Assembly (NCBI GenBank): GCA_026770705.1
Contig: JANJGN010000020.1
Span: forward strand, 21,328,001 to 21,392,000
From: Isurus oxyrinchus
Lineage: Eukaryota
Direction: 5' to 3'
Length of the DNA stretch: 64,000 nt
Positions 1 through 11,802 of the stretch are shown one piece after another (within the stretch, counting starts at the first letter, position 1; each line of letters begins with the position of its first letter). Under the pieces are notes generated by a model. That model saw only the letters and a list, made by a program, of their open reading frames with translations. It was not told the origin of the DNA and did no database searches. The position numbers and the translations under genes were made by a program.

Positions 1-59
1 GTGACAGCAAAGGCTGCAATTTTCTTTCCATTACATGGCTGACTAGAATTGTCTCCTGC

Positions 60-228
60 TCTTATCACCTGCCGTTGGTGTATGTTGGAAGGATTTCCAG
101 GTTGATACGCAGCCCATTTGGCTACATTATGAATGCACCTTCCTTGACCCATCAAGTCCTGGAGCAGGTCTTAAACCCAGAGCTTCTGGCTCAGAGGCAG
201 GGCACTATCTATTATGCCACCAGACCCC
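60..228 (-). mobile_element. tRNA-derived SINE 5' part
   Basis: Reverse complement begins gggtctggTGGCATAATAG...GGTTTAAGACC, i.e. pol III A/B box-like spacing. Confidence 0.55.
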
Positions 229-243
229 TGAAATAGAAACAGT

Positions 244-1020
244 GGGATGAATTTTATGTCCCCCCACTGGCTTATTTGAAGGCAGGAGGCATGTAAACTA
301 AAGTGGTTTGCCAGCCCACTGTCTTACTGCCCACCCCTTGCCTGCCCCCTCTATTACGAGGGCCCAGAGTAAGGTGTCAGGCTGGCAACACACTTTAGGC
401 CTACTGAGGCTCTTAAGTGGACAATTAACTTAAGGGCCTTATTCTGCCTCCGCTGCAATTTTTCAGTCTGCAGAGGAAGGCCGAAGCATGGCGAACAGCC
501 TTGCAGTTTTCACTGTATGGTCTGCAGGTGGGTAGGAAGTGGGGATACTTCCTTTGGGGGTCCCCTGTGCCCAACCGGGGCACTCCCCCAAGATGGCACC
601 TCCTTTGTCGCCTTCCCCTATGGACTTTCTAACCCAACCACCCCACCCCGCTCCCTTTCCTCACATGACCGCTCAAAACCCCCTGACTTAATCAAGTCAG
701 GGACACCTCACTTCTTCCTTGGGACTGCTTGAAGTTCCAGCATTGGCCACTTCTCTTTTCTGGCGCTGCTGGGACTACAGAGCTACAGCTCTCTGGGGTG
801 AGACTTCCTGTTCCTAGGGGACAGAAGTTCCATTCTCGCCCTAAATCACTCCCAGTGTATTACCGCTGCAGGGTAGGCAGACTTCATGTTGGTGAGGGGC
901 CGAATGACTTTTAATTCGGTACTTAGGTAATTAAGTAAGTAATTAACTAATTAAGTAATTAGGCAGGTAATCCATTCTTCCCACACCCCCTCCCCACCCT
1001 CACCCCGCAAAATCCTCCAC
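244..1020. mobile_element. Harbinger-type MITE / non-autonomous DNA element
   Basis: Starts gggatgaatttt and ends aaaatcctccac (degenerate TIR). Internal cttaagtggacaattaa motif is shared with other copies in the window. Confidence 0.6.
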
Positions 1021-1449
1021 ATCATGTGCCAAATAGCTTCTAAAAGAGTTTGCAAGCACAGAGCGTCGTGTTGCTTTTGTTTCAGGAAATAAAGGGAAAG
1101 GAAACTGAATATGCTCAGGAAACAGCTCAGCCTCTGAAAGTGACTGTGAGGTGATATTATTGCATTCCTTTCTTAGTCTGGGAATCTGCAGTAATGCAGA
1201 ATGAATATTTGAGTGACCTATCACTGGTTGTTTGTCCACACTCTGTCCCGCTCCCACTTGAACTGGAATTGGATGGATTGAGAGTGGCTTGGGATCAGGT
1301 TTCAGATTAAAAAAAAAACTTTTTTGCCTATCACCCAACCTAAATCCACACATTTTGAGGGGGTTAACTGTCTGATTGGGGTAGAGAAACAGAGATCTGA
1401 GGGCACAGAGACATAAATCACCAGAAGTAATGATACAGGTTAATAAAAC

Positions 1450-2085
1450 AATTTTTAAAATAGCATTGGAGTTCATTTCTAGAGGGATGGATCTGAAAAG
1501 CAGGGAAGTTATGTTAAACTTTATAGAACCTTGGTTAGGCTACACTTGGAGTACTGTGTACAGCATTTTAAAAAGGACATAAAATTACTGGAGAAGGTGC
1601 GAAGAAGATTTACAAGAAGGATACTGGAACTGAAAGGTTGTACCTACCAGGAAAGATTGAACAGGTTGGGGCTCTTTTTTCTAGAAAAGGGAAACTGAGA
1701 TGACCTGATAGAGATCTTTAATATTATGAAAAGTTTGATAGGGAAGACATAGAGAAGATGTTAACACTTGCAGGTCAGGCCAGAACTAAGGCCCATAAAT
1801 ATAAGATAAACACTAATATATCCAAAAAAGAATTCAGGAGAAACTTCATTACCAAGACAATGGTTAGAATATAGAATACCACGAGGAGAGTACCGGTACT
1901 TGAGGCAGATAGCAAAGATGCTTTAAGGGGATGCTAGATGAACAAATGAGGGAGAAAGCAATAGAAGAATAGATTGATAAGTTTAGGTGAAGAATGTCAG
2001 GAGGAGTCACATGTGGATCATAAATGTCAGCATTGACCATTTGGGCTGAATGGCCTGTTTCTGTAAATACTTTGTAATGCAATGT
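1450..2085 (+). mobile_element. CR1 LINE 3' fragment
   Basis: Decayed ORF2 C-terminus (HLEYCVQ, ERLNRLGLF) followed by the gggctgaatggcct tail. Confidence 0.85.
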
Positions 2086-2894
2086 ACAGAATTTTGTTAT
2101 TAGGATTCCCAATAATCATTAGATACAACATTTTTGATTCTTCTCACTATAGCTTTCATCCTATCCAAAGCAAAAATTGCATCTAAAGTGGATATTGTAA
2201 GGAGTTTTTGCAAGAGTGTAAAATGGGTGATAGCAAATCATCAGGTCATTTCACATCTTTTTATTTTCATTAAAGTCACAATTATCCTCAGTGAGACAAT
2301 TTACTTGGCTGTCCAGTAGTTCTTGTGTTACCTTGCATATACAGTTTCCAAATTCTGTCCTATGAAAGTGATCAGGTTTGTTAAGCTAGCATACCTTATT
2401 GATGTAATAATGTATAATTTTGGGGCCTAACATTAATGGTAGGTTTCTGGTAGAATTGGCACTTCGAACTGGGTGACATACTTATTTCAAAAGAGAGAAG
2501 AGAGACCAGCCTTCAGGCTGTTATCTCTGCTAAAGACATTCTTGACACCACCTGTGACACTTGCAATCTCCCTCAAGTGGCTGGGCAGACCTGCCTTGAA
2601 ATACTTGACCCACTGTGTATTTCTAAGAGGTGTTGCAAATGTCTGTGACATACATTGTTTCAATATCCAGTACTTTTCATTTTTAATATTTCTTTCTTAG
2701 ACAGTTGCCAGTTTCAATGGGTGTCTGGATTATAGGAAATGTCTCTCTCTTCACACTCCCCTGAGGGGGATTTGTTTGTTTCACACCTTCACCTTGGAAT
2801 GTGGCCTTGCATTTTTAAGCAGGTTGCTCTGTCTCAGTTACAAAATTTCCTGTCAGTTGAAAGTTGAAAAATCAAATGTTCAAAAACAAAGGGA

Positions 2895-3030
2895 CATAGC
2901 CTCATTACAGTATAAATACCTGAGCTGTACATGTCAGGAGGACAACACGTTTGATCTGGTCAATGCTGAGTTAGTTGATCCTATATGGGATGGTGGCAGA
3001 AGTGTTACAATTGGCCTCAGCAAGCAGTAA
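2895..3030 (+). mobile_element. possible ancient SINE remnant (LF-SINE-like head)
   Basis: tgagctgtaca...gtttgatctggtcaatgctgagttagttgatc resembles the LF-SINE 5' region (recalled, not aligned). Confidence 0.35.
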
Positions 3031-3655
3031 CTGAACTATGCAATATATATCCCAACTTTTTCAATGGGGTGTAAAGGGACAGTGTCATTTGAAATGCAAA
3101 ACTTTATACGCAAAATAAGCTAGGATTTTTAGTGCTTCACTCTGCATCTGCTCTCATCTTTACCTGAAGAATAACTCAAGACTGTGGAGTCTAAAATCAT
3201 ATCTATGGACATTTTTTGAAAAGGTATAATTTTATCATTACATACTCTCTCCTAATAGTTAAGATATTACAGTATGAAATGGAAATTTTGTGGACGTAGT
3301 TTATTTAACACAAAGGTCTAACTGTGTAAATCAATATTATTTGGTAACACTGTAATGCTTCCCTACCTGTTCAAAGCCCAGTATTCTGCTTGTCGCTAAC
3401 TGCGTAATATGTGGAGAAAGTTATTAACTGGTACAGAAGGCAGTTCACTGGCACTTTAAACCTGCTCATGACTCCAATTTTAGACAGGAGTACATTTAAA
3501 ATGTACATAGGTGTATGAATGTGTTACATATTCACTAATCGCACAGGCTTTACCAATGTAGCTTGAATAATAAAGAAAATAAACTTTTTGTATCAAAGGA
3601 TATTCAAGACAAACATTTAACAGTAAAAGATGAATTGTGTAACAGGTGAACTTAC

Positions 3656-3740
3656 TTGGCAAAATAGTTTTATATCTATTCTTAGCTCCATGGCAGGGGA
3701 TATTCAGCTCTTTGGGATTCACAAAATTCATGGGAATTTC
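3656..3740 (-). CDS. PTPRR: PTPRR internal coding exon (85 bp), start of PTP catalytic domain: EIPMNFVNPKELNIPCHGAKNRYKTILP
   Basis: Minus strand reads ...cccttcaaataacag|GAAATTCCC...TTGCCAA|gtaagt. It carries the PTP KNRY pTyr-recognition motif. The peptide resembles mammalian PTPRR (EIPMNFVDPKEIDIPRHGTKNRYKTILP, recalled) more than PTPN5 or PTPN7. The phase 0 acceptor matches the phase 0 donor of the exon at 4912-5098. Confidence 0.93.
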
Positions 3741-4422
3741 CTGTTATTTGAAGGGAATAAAAACACAGGCATCAGAAATTCCAATGTACTTAGAACACTG
3801 CATACCTCACGGCAAAAACAAACAGCTGTTGTCAGGTAAAGAAGTCCGCAATATATATTTCGGTTAAGCCTAAATATCAATTGTAGCAATACGAAATCCA
3901 TACTCGAAATCTTCTTTCCCTCTCCCATATCCCACGCACTAATCTGATCCTCCAGTATGGGAGTTCCAGGCGAAACTTTTCTATGGAGCTCTTAAAGAAT
4001 GTAAGGAATGCATAATTCACTGGGAACTACACCAGCATTCTTGTGATTTTGTGTGTAGTTTGCTTCATTAGCTGCATCATGAGATTAATTATATGACTAA
4101 ATCTGTGGCAGCTTTCCTGCTTTCTTCCTCACTCTTTATTCCAGACCCCGATCATATCAGGACATTTGATTTGCATGAATGACACACACAAAAACAGAGG
4201 TAAAAAGATTTTGTGATCTATATAATCAAATATTCAAGCTATTAACCAGTGGATGGTGTACAGGAACTTTGCCACAATGTATGTATAATGACGCACTCTG
4301 GTTAATAAAGCTGTCTGTAAATGCTAAAATACTTTATTAACCCCTCCCATTCTGTAATCAATGAATGTTTATGACAGGCCATCAACAACATTTGAGGATC
4401 AATGTAAGGTTTTTTACATATT

Positions 4423-4549
4423 GGGCAGAATTTTATGGCCCCTTCCACCAAAGGGATCTTCTGTTCCCGCCGAAGTCAATGGAGTTTTGAACAGCTCGCT
4501 GCATTTTACGGCCCTGCCCCCATCAGGACAGGGCCATAAAATTTCGCTC
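4423..4549. mobile_element. short (127 bp) MITE with ~19-bp terminal inverted repeats, inside the small PTPRR intron
   Basis: Starts gggcagaattttatggccc and ends gggccataaaatttcgctc (reverse complement gagcgaaattttatggccc). Confidence 0.75.
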
Positions 4550-4911
4550 ATAGATTAATAATCATGAACAAATGCAGTTATATACGTCGGTGCCTACTTT
4601 TTTTCTTCAATATCCACATTTCCATCCACATGGATAGACATTGAACACAAGATCGAGGTAAAACTGCATTTATTGAACAAAAAGAATGAATTCATATTTT
4701 AAAATAACATTAGACTGGCTAGAATATTCAGCTTCCAGTGAAAAATGTTTTAAAAAAATGTGATCCATTACTTGATCCTTTCCAGTTCTAATCGTACCTT
4801 AGACAAATATTTGTTCTTGCCATATCCCATTGAATGTAGAAAGATTTATACACCAATTACAATTTGGAGGATTAAACTGAGGTACAAAATTCACTGCATA
4901 GAGTATCATAC

Positions 4912-5098
4912 CATGAATTCAGCTTGAAGGGACTGGGCACTTGCTACATATTCTTTCAGTTGCAATCTAGTGAGCACCCGGCTAGCAGTCCGTAGATACT
5001 CCAGGAATATTTTTTCACGGGGTGTAGGAGCAATACTGAACGATTCAACATTTCCCAAGGTACTCATATCCAATGTAAGTGATACATTCGAACCTCTC
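4912..5098 (-). CDS. PTPRR: PTPRR internal coding exon (187 bp) with kinase-interaction motif (KIM) and KIS: (R)RGSNVSLTLDMSTLGNVESFSIAPTPREKIFLEYLRTASRVLTRLQLKEYVASAQSLQAEFM
   Basis: Hand translation. Boundaries are ctttctaaattcacag|GAGAGGTTCG...GAATTCATG|gtatga, giving 1+62x3 nt with no stops. RGSNVSLTLDM is the KIM of the PTPRR/PTPN5/PTPN7 family. Splices in frame to 3656-3740 across a 1171-bp intron. Confidence 0.95.
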
Positions 5099-5322
5099 CT
5101 GTGAATTTAGAAAGAATATTTGAAAATGTATATTAGATCCCATTTTAGACCCCACAAACAGTCATATTATTCAGTGGACAAAGAAGAGAGATAATCTGCG
5201 AGGATTCTGCCAACATGGGACTTGGAGTTTCTTCTGAAAGCCCACACATTTTCAGAAAGTAGAGGAGAATCCAGCCCATTCTTAATACAATAGATTTCTG
5301 CTGAAAGTGAATGCAATTTATA

Positions 5323-5750
5323 TCTCTTCTCACTCACATAATACATTCCAGAACTCACCAGGAATCTATCCTTGGCTCCCTTCTCTTCCTCATCCACACA
5401 CATCGTCCACAGACATGGGATTAACTTCCACATACACACCTCCATCTCTCCACCACTTCTCTTGACCACTCTGTACTTGTCTGACACAAAGGGCTGAATT
5501 TTCCCCTCCCATGCTAAGCAACACCCCCATTGGGAAGACCAAACGGGAGGCGTGTGGGTCTGCAATTTTATACTGACTTCCCACCGCCTGCCATTTACCC
5601 CAGGTTGGGAAATGTGGCAGGTCGCTCATGTAAAGTGATGTTGGGTTTGCTATTTAAATGCCTGCTCAAAATACAATTTTTCCTTAGGTTGCCATTGTTG
5701 TGGAGGTGGGTGGGTTCTTGAAGACTGTGGGAACCATGCCAAGTAAGTCA
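5323..5750 (+). repeat. copy 1 of an old local duplication (L2 fragment + MITE left end)
   Basis: Colinear with 6610-7028, including the L2/MITE junction. Confidence 0.8.
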
Positions 5751-6329
5751 GTTCAAACATTTATACTGTTTTCAAGCACAGTCCAAAAAAAAACTATTGC
5801 AAAGTATTAGGGTGCCTTCATAGTATCAGTTTTTTGTAACTTTAACTCTAGTTTCAGGACTTTACACCACTTTCTCAGCTAAGAATTATGTGCAACTAAC
5901 ATTTTGAGGTCACATTTAAACGTAAAGCTGGTATCAGTTTAATTCCTTTAATGAAACAATACATGGGAATTGAAAGTCTGCACTGATATATAATTCCCAT
6001 TATACATAAAATGGAAAACACAGGAATGGTGGAGTTGCTCTATTAGATGTACACAATAGGCTTTGATGGATCCAATATGCTTCACTCATCCCAGGAGGAG
6101 TGTGATACTACACTGATTTACAGTGATTCAGACCAATTATGTTTAAATTTTATAGTACATTGAAAGCTTTACTCAGTGATTTTGGGATCAAGTTGTGAGA
6201 TCACTGTTTTTATCTCTGTGAGATCAATGTCTCATGGAAATTAAATCAATATCTTTAGAATTTTAGGTTGATAGATCTTTAGCCCCATCTTCAATCTTCC
6301 TTTCCTCTCCAAAGTCCTTAAGCATTTTA

Positions 6330-7028
6330 CATCTTTCAAATCCATGCCAATCTTTCCTGAAGCTCCCTATTTGAATCTTTCCAATCCGCCTTCCATCTAG
6401 TCCCAGCAGTGAAAAACTCAAACTAAAGTTACAAATGCATCCTCTGTGTCTGTAATCAGAGTGCATTATTCCTCCTTGTTCACCTTGAACTCTGTGTAGT
6501 CTTCGATATGATCGACTACTCCATCCTTTTTCAATGTCTCTTCTCCATTGCCATCGTGTGGTTATCCTCTTACTTACCCAAATAGAGCCAGTGGATCTCC
6601 AGCATGGCTTCTCTTCTCACTCACATCATTAACTTCAGAACACACAAAGGATTTATCCTTGGCTCCTTCTCTTCCTCATCTACAGACAACCTCTCCAGAC
6701 ATGGGATTAACTTCCATCTAAACACCTCCACTCCCCACCAATTCTTTCAACTACTCTGTACTTGTCTAACACTTGGGGCTAAATTTCCCCCTCCTGGGCT
6801 GGACAAACTCGCATTGAGAGGACCAAATGGGACTCGTGTGAAGCTGCAATTTTGTACTTACATTTTCCCAGGCTGGAAAACATGACAGGTCGCAACCTGA
6901 CTCTCATGTAAAGTGTGGTCAGGTTTGCTATATAAATGCTTTCTCAAAATATAATTTGCCCTTAGGCTGCTATTGTTGGGGAGGCAGGTTTTTTTCCTGA
7001 AGGCTGTGGGAACCATGCCAGGTAAGCC
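6330..7028 (+). repeat. L2 LINE RT fragment followed by MITE left end; 6610-7028 is copy 2 of the duplication
   Basis: Decayed L2 RT signature (ggatttatccttggctccttctcttcctcatctac), then ggggctaaattt TIR at ~6775. Confidence 0.7.
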
Positions 7029-8079
7029 ATTGTGTGAACCTTGGGGGGAACCTGCTTTGGAGTTGTGAACCTTTTGATAGATAAGTTTAAAAGCATTTGT
7101 AAACTTCAACAGTCACAATTAAGTGCTGTTTGAAAATTTAAGTATGTTGTCAATACAGTGATTGAGCACAAGGCTATGCCCTTAAAAGGTAAGAGACCAT
7201 TAAATTGACCAGCATTGTGTAAGGGTTTCAGATGCATTACAGTGCTTTATCTGGTAGCTAAAGTCCTCTTCTATATTCAACAGTATGGAGAATCAGATAA
7301 TAATGTATGCAGGGGACACTGTAGTTTGATTTTTACATTTATTTAATGTCCTGACATCTGCTGAACCTTTGAAGCACTCTTCTAATATTCACTAGGTACA
7401 GAACCAATGAACACTGGCAAGTCTTTGAAATGCTCATGAAATTATTCAAAAAATCATCCATTCAAAATTCCCTTTGGATAAAACTGCCACTCTTACAAGC
7501 TCATAGAACAGTCAGTCAAACACAGGCATTCATAATCCCATTGAAAAAAGCTTTAATCCACTTAACATCTCCTAAATGTTGTCAAATGAACAAACATTGA
7601 AGATCCATTTCAAAGAAAAATGCAAACAAATGGATAAAGCTGTCAATCAAACAAAGCTAGTCTTCCTCTTCATAGTTGTGTAAACATTCCCCACAGACCT
7701 GAATCCATTAGTGAGTATTGGAGCTTAGCCAGGCATTCAAAGTGAGGCAATCGGGCAAAACAAATGACTGACCAACGTTCGGTCTGCTTTGCCAGTACTG
7801 TTGCTAGATGAATGCATAGAACTAGCCCATGTCCCAGTAAACAGAGGCGGGATTTCTTAGCTGCTGGCATTGGCCCTCCTCCGATGCTGCTTTGGGAGGC
7901 AGTGGCCTTGACTCCAGCCTGCACTTCACTCTTGAAGACCAAAATTCCAGGTGAATGGACTGACTTTCTGAATTTGGGATCATGACATCAGGAAATGGCC
8001 TGACTCACAGTACCTGAACCAAAGACAAAAATGCAGCTCCTAATCTTGGATGAGCTTTAACTTTCTCTGGTGAGCACCT

Positions 8080-8790
8080 GAAGCCATTGTCTGCTATACC
8101 CTTGCCATTGACTTTAACCACCTTCCCAAGCACTGTCCAAAGTTGAACCAGTTATTTTTTCAAATTCAGAATTCTGTTTGACTCTTACCTGAGTGTGCAC
8201 ATATCCTCTCCAAGACAAAGGCTGCCTATTTCTAACTTGTTAACATTGCCTGTCTCTGACACGCCTCAGCCCACTTGCTGCTGAGACCATCAATCTTTTG
8301 TCACCCTCCAGACTCAATTACTCTAATGCTCTCCTGACTGTCAGTTCTGCTGCACTTATCATGTCCTATGTTATGCCCAACCATCATGCCCATCCATGCT
8401 GATCTATATTTGCTCCTGATCCCTCAAATTTAAAATTTTTCTCCTTGTAGTTAAATTACCCCATGTCCTCAACTGCCCTGTTCCATAAACACTCTTCTCC
8501 AAATTGTTCCTCTGACTCTAGCCTCTTGCGCTCCCCAACTTCCTTTCAACTCACCATTGGCAGCCATGCCTTCAGTTATCTGGATGCTACTTTCTGGAAT
8601 TTCCTTTGTAAACTCCACCATCTCACTATTCCTATTTCCTCCTTTAAGTCCTCCTTAAAACCTACCTTGTTAGTTAAACTATTAGTCACTTCTTATAATC
8701 TCCCCTTCATAGCATCCATAGTTATTTGGTCTGCGTAAAGTGCCTTGTGACATTTTTCCAAGTTAAAGGTATTATATGTGCTGCTGCTGC
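8080..8790 (+). mobile_element. L2 LINE 3' fragment
   Basis: SRLNYSNALL-like segment, AFSY..WN.L and SFKSSLKPTL, plus gtaaagtgccttgtgacat L2-type tail. Confidence 0.7.
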
Positions 8791-11135
8791 TGCCACTATC
8801 CAGCTAACCATCACTACTGATGTACAGCAGGACTGTACATTGAAGTTATAGACCGAGATTTGGTGTAGCTGGTTAATTTGTTCAATATCGTAATTGAACT
8901 GTCATACTGCCAAAGTCATACTGCCAAATTCAATTGATTGCTAACAAGAGGAATTCTGTTATTAAAACCTCAGCATGATTTTACAGATCGAATCAGCTGG
9001 AATGCTCTGCAGGAGTATCCCCTTCATTTTCAACACTACACCAGATGATCCTAACTCAAATGTTAGCATTATATTAAATATCAGCATGGGTGAGGACTGT
9101 GTGTCACAGTGAGCTAACCCATTGTGCCTGAGACCTATGTCTGATTCCATCCCAAGATGGCACTAAGTGAGATAAACTGGGGCAATATGAACCTATTTCC
9201 CAAGTGTACACTCTGCGATATCAAATGACTGCCCATGAATTGCCAGTCTTGCTCTAACAGATGGCTGGTTGGTTGCAAGCTGATCACAAATCTGTCAGAA
9301 AGAGCTTTCAAAGGCACTTTATCCATCCGCAATGACAAGAGCCCCAGCTCCAGTGCTTCAAACATGTGAAGCTATAAGATGGATTTACACTTTAAAACAA
9401 CTGGTAATGTTTTATGATTGGTGACATTTTATAGTCAATTGAGAGTTAAATTTATACAGTACTTTACAACAATATTTTAAAACCCCTTAAACTGCTTTAG
9501 TTTCTTAAAGGCACAGGGTTTTTCATTACTCAGAACCGTATGTTGGCAGAGCTAGACTGACTGCTTTTATTAGCCAATTTCCTTAAAGCCAGTGGCTTAA
9601 GAAGGAACCCTTGTGCAGTTTAACTGTATGGTGAGGAAAGCTGTTGATAACTTGAGGTTAATACATGTTGAGTAAATAATCATATTCAACAATGTGTTCA
9701 TTTTACACTTGTATGTTGTTATCTAATTATGGACAGTAACTTGTGTTTTTAGATGAAACAGCCTCAATTCCTATTCCTTTTTATTGCTGTATTGAGGTTT
9801 TTGAGAAATCCATCTGCAGAAGGGAACTAAGCAGCTTGTGGAGGGAATTCTGTGCCTGGCTTTAATGACACCCATCATTACCAGAGTTTGAAATGGGTGG
9901 CGTATTGAAAACTGAGACAAAGCTATAACTTCATGATACTGTGCCTGAAATGTTGGTTTTCTGTAATCAGTATAAAAAGGAGTGGTCTTTAAAAAATGTG
10001 ATTAATGGAGCATTTACTTCAAAAAGGAAGCTCCACCTGTCCATCACACTGGACCACCTGACTACCCAAAGCCATAAATCAGGGAATGGGTCACATCCCA
10101 GTTTTCGTATTTTACTAAAATTATGCCATTGCTCATTACAGTGTAAAAGTATCTCATCCGATGATGGCTTTAGATTGTTTATCTAAGCAGTGTCATTTCT
10201 TTAAATACTCTCTGCAATGTTTGTTCAGAGCTCTCCAAATGTGGAACGCCCACAGCCCTGGTCCTCGGCCTTCAGTTCATTTGTTGGGTTGGGATTTGAC
10301 TGAACTGGACGTTTGCCTGTTGACAGTCATTGCACTCTAACCTTGTGCATTCAGATTAGGGAGTTGCTTCCTCTTCTGTGCATCAAATCCCCATCCTCCA
10401 TGTACCGCTCCACTGCCACTCTGGTTTGATTTGCTGAGTTCAATGAAGTGACAAGTGTGCAGATGGAAGGAAGACATTAATTAGGTGGAAGATCATCTCT
10501 GGCCATGGAACAGAATGAAGGGTTTGGTTTCATCTCAAAGAGGTGAAATTCTGCCACTACAAAAACAAACATACCATTCCCAGTAGATCTCAGGCAAAAG
10601 AATTTCTTCCAAACATTGAAAGCACGATATGCTTGTTGAAGCCATGGAAAAAGAAAAACGAGGCTATTTTTTTTCTTTCCTGCAATTATATATCCCGAAG
10701 TTTATGGAATACAAATTGGGCTGGAGCATGTTACAGTTGGGAGAGAGTTGGGAAGCTGTATGTTGTACCAATTTATCTTTGAATCTTCCAAAATTTGGTA
10801 AAATTTTAAATCCAGATAAAGAAAAAAGCCGATCAGATTCTCACATATCTAATTGTTTGCAAAGCTTCCGGAAACCGGGCGGACAAATGGTTAAAATGAC
10901 TGACCCCATTGATCCTGCTGCCTCGAAATTGAAAGCGTCAATTTTAAACCACGTGGGCTGCTGCCAAACACTGTTAGTGCCCCTCCCCATCCCCTCTCTG
11001 GATCATCCATGGCTGCAGCCTTCCCAAATCACTGGGGACTGCTAACCCGATTCCAACCACCAATATCCACCAATTCTGAACAGTGCTTCCCACTGATCTC
11101 AACCAGCATTTCACCAGAAGCCCACTGATCTCAAC

Positions 11136-11614
11136 CAGGTTCACCAGACTAATCCCTGGGATGGTGGGATTGTCCGATGAAGAAAGATTGAGGAGACTGG
11201 GCCTATATTCGCTAAAGTTTAGAAGAAAGAGAGGTGACCTCACTGAAGTGTACAAAATTCTTACAAGACTCAACAGGGTAGTTGCAGGAAGGATGTTACC
11301 CCTGGTTGGGGGGTCTAGAACCAGGGAACACAGTCTCAGAATAAGGGGTAAGCCATTTTAGGACCGAGTTGAGGAGGAATTTCTTCAATCAGAGGGTAGT
11401 GAACCTTTGGAATTCTCTACCTCAGAGAGCTGTGAGGCTCAGTTATTGAGTATGTTCAAAGCAGAGGTCGATAGATTTATAGTTACCAATGACATCAAGG
11501 GATACGAGAATATTGCGGGAAGAAGGCATTGAGGTGGAAAATCAGCTATGATCTTATTGAATGGCGGAGCAGGCTCAAGGGCCTGAATGGCCTACTCCTG
11601 CTCCTATGTTCCTA
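11136..11614 (+). mobile_element. CR1 LINE 3' fragment
   Basis: ORF 11083-11361 RFTRLIPGMVGLSDEERLRRLGLYSLKFRRKRGDLTEVYKIL; tail gaatggcctactcctgctcctatgttcc. Confidence 0.9.
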
Positions 11615-11802
11615 AATGTGAAAATAGTCTAGAAATGTTTTGCAGAGATCACCCTTTTAGTATTAAATCTATTTCACAGACCTTTTGTTACAGTAGCGAT
11701 ATTATTGCCAAGATCATGATATTACCTGTCCAGGATAAATTCAATTAAAAAAAAATTATAATTTGAAAGTGATCAGTTAACAGGATAACAGGATAGGTAA
11801 CA

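Noticed and set aside
922-962. taattaag-like quasi-palindromic AT run
   Set aside because: Low-complexity slippage inside a MITE
1000-1476. 158-aa minus-strand ORF
   Set aside because: No recognisable domain, includes a poly-T tract, abuts repeats; likely a chance ORF
3480-3655. C-terminal part of the 83-aa ORF 3480-3731
   Set aside because: Read-through into the intron after the gtaagt donor; only 3656-3740 is exon
1-3655. Next PTPRR exon (NP.SRVCL...YINANYIR)
   Set aside because: Looked for on the minus strand and not seen; presumably lies left of the window
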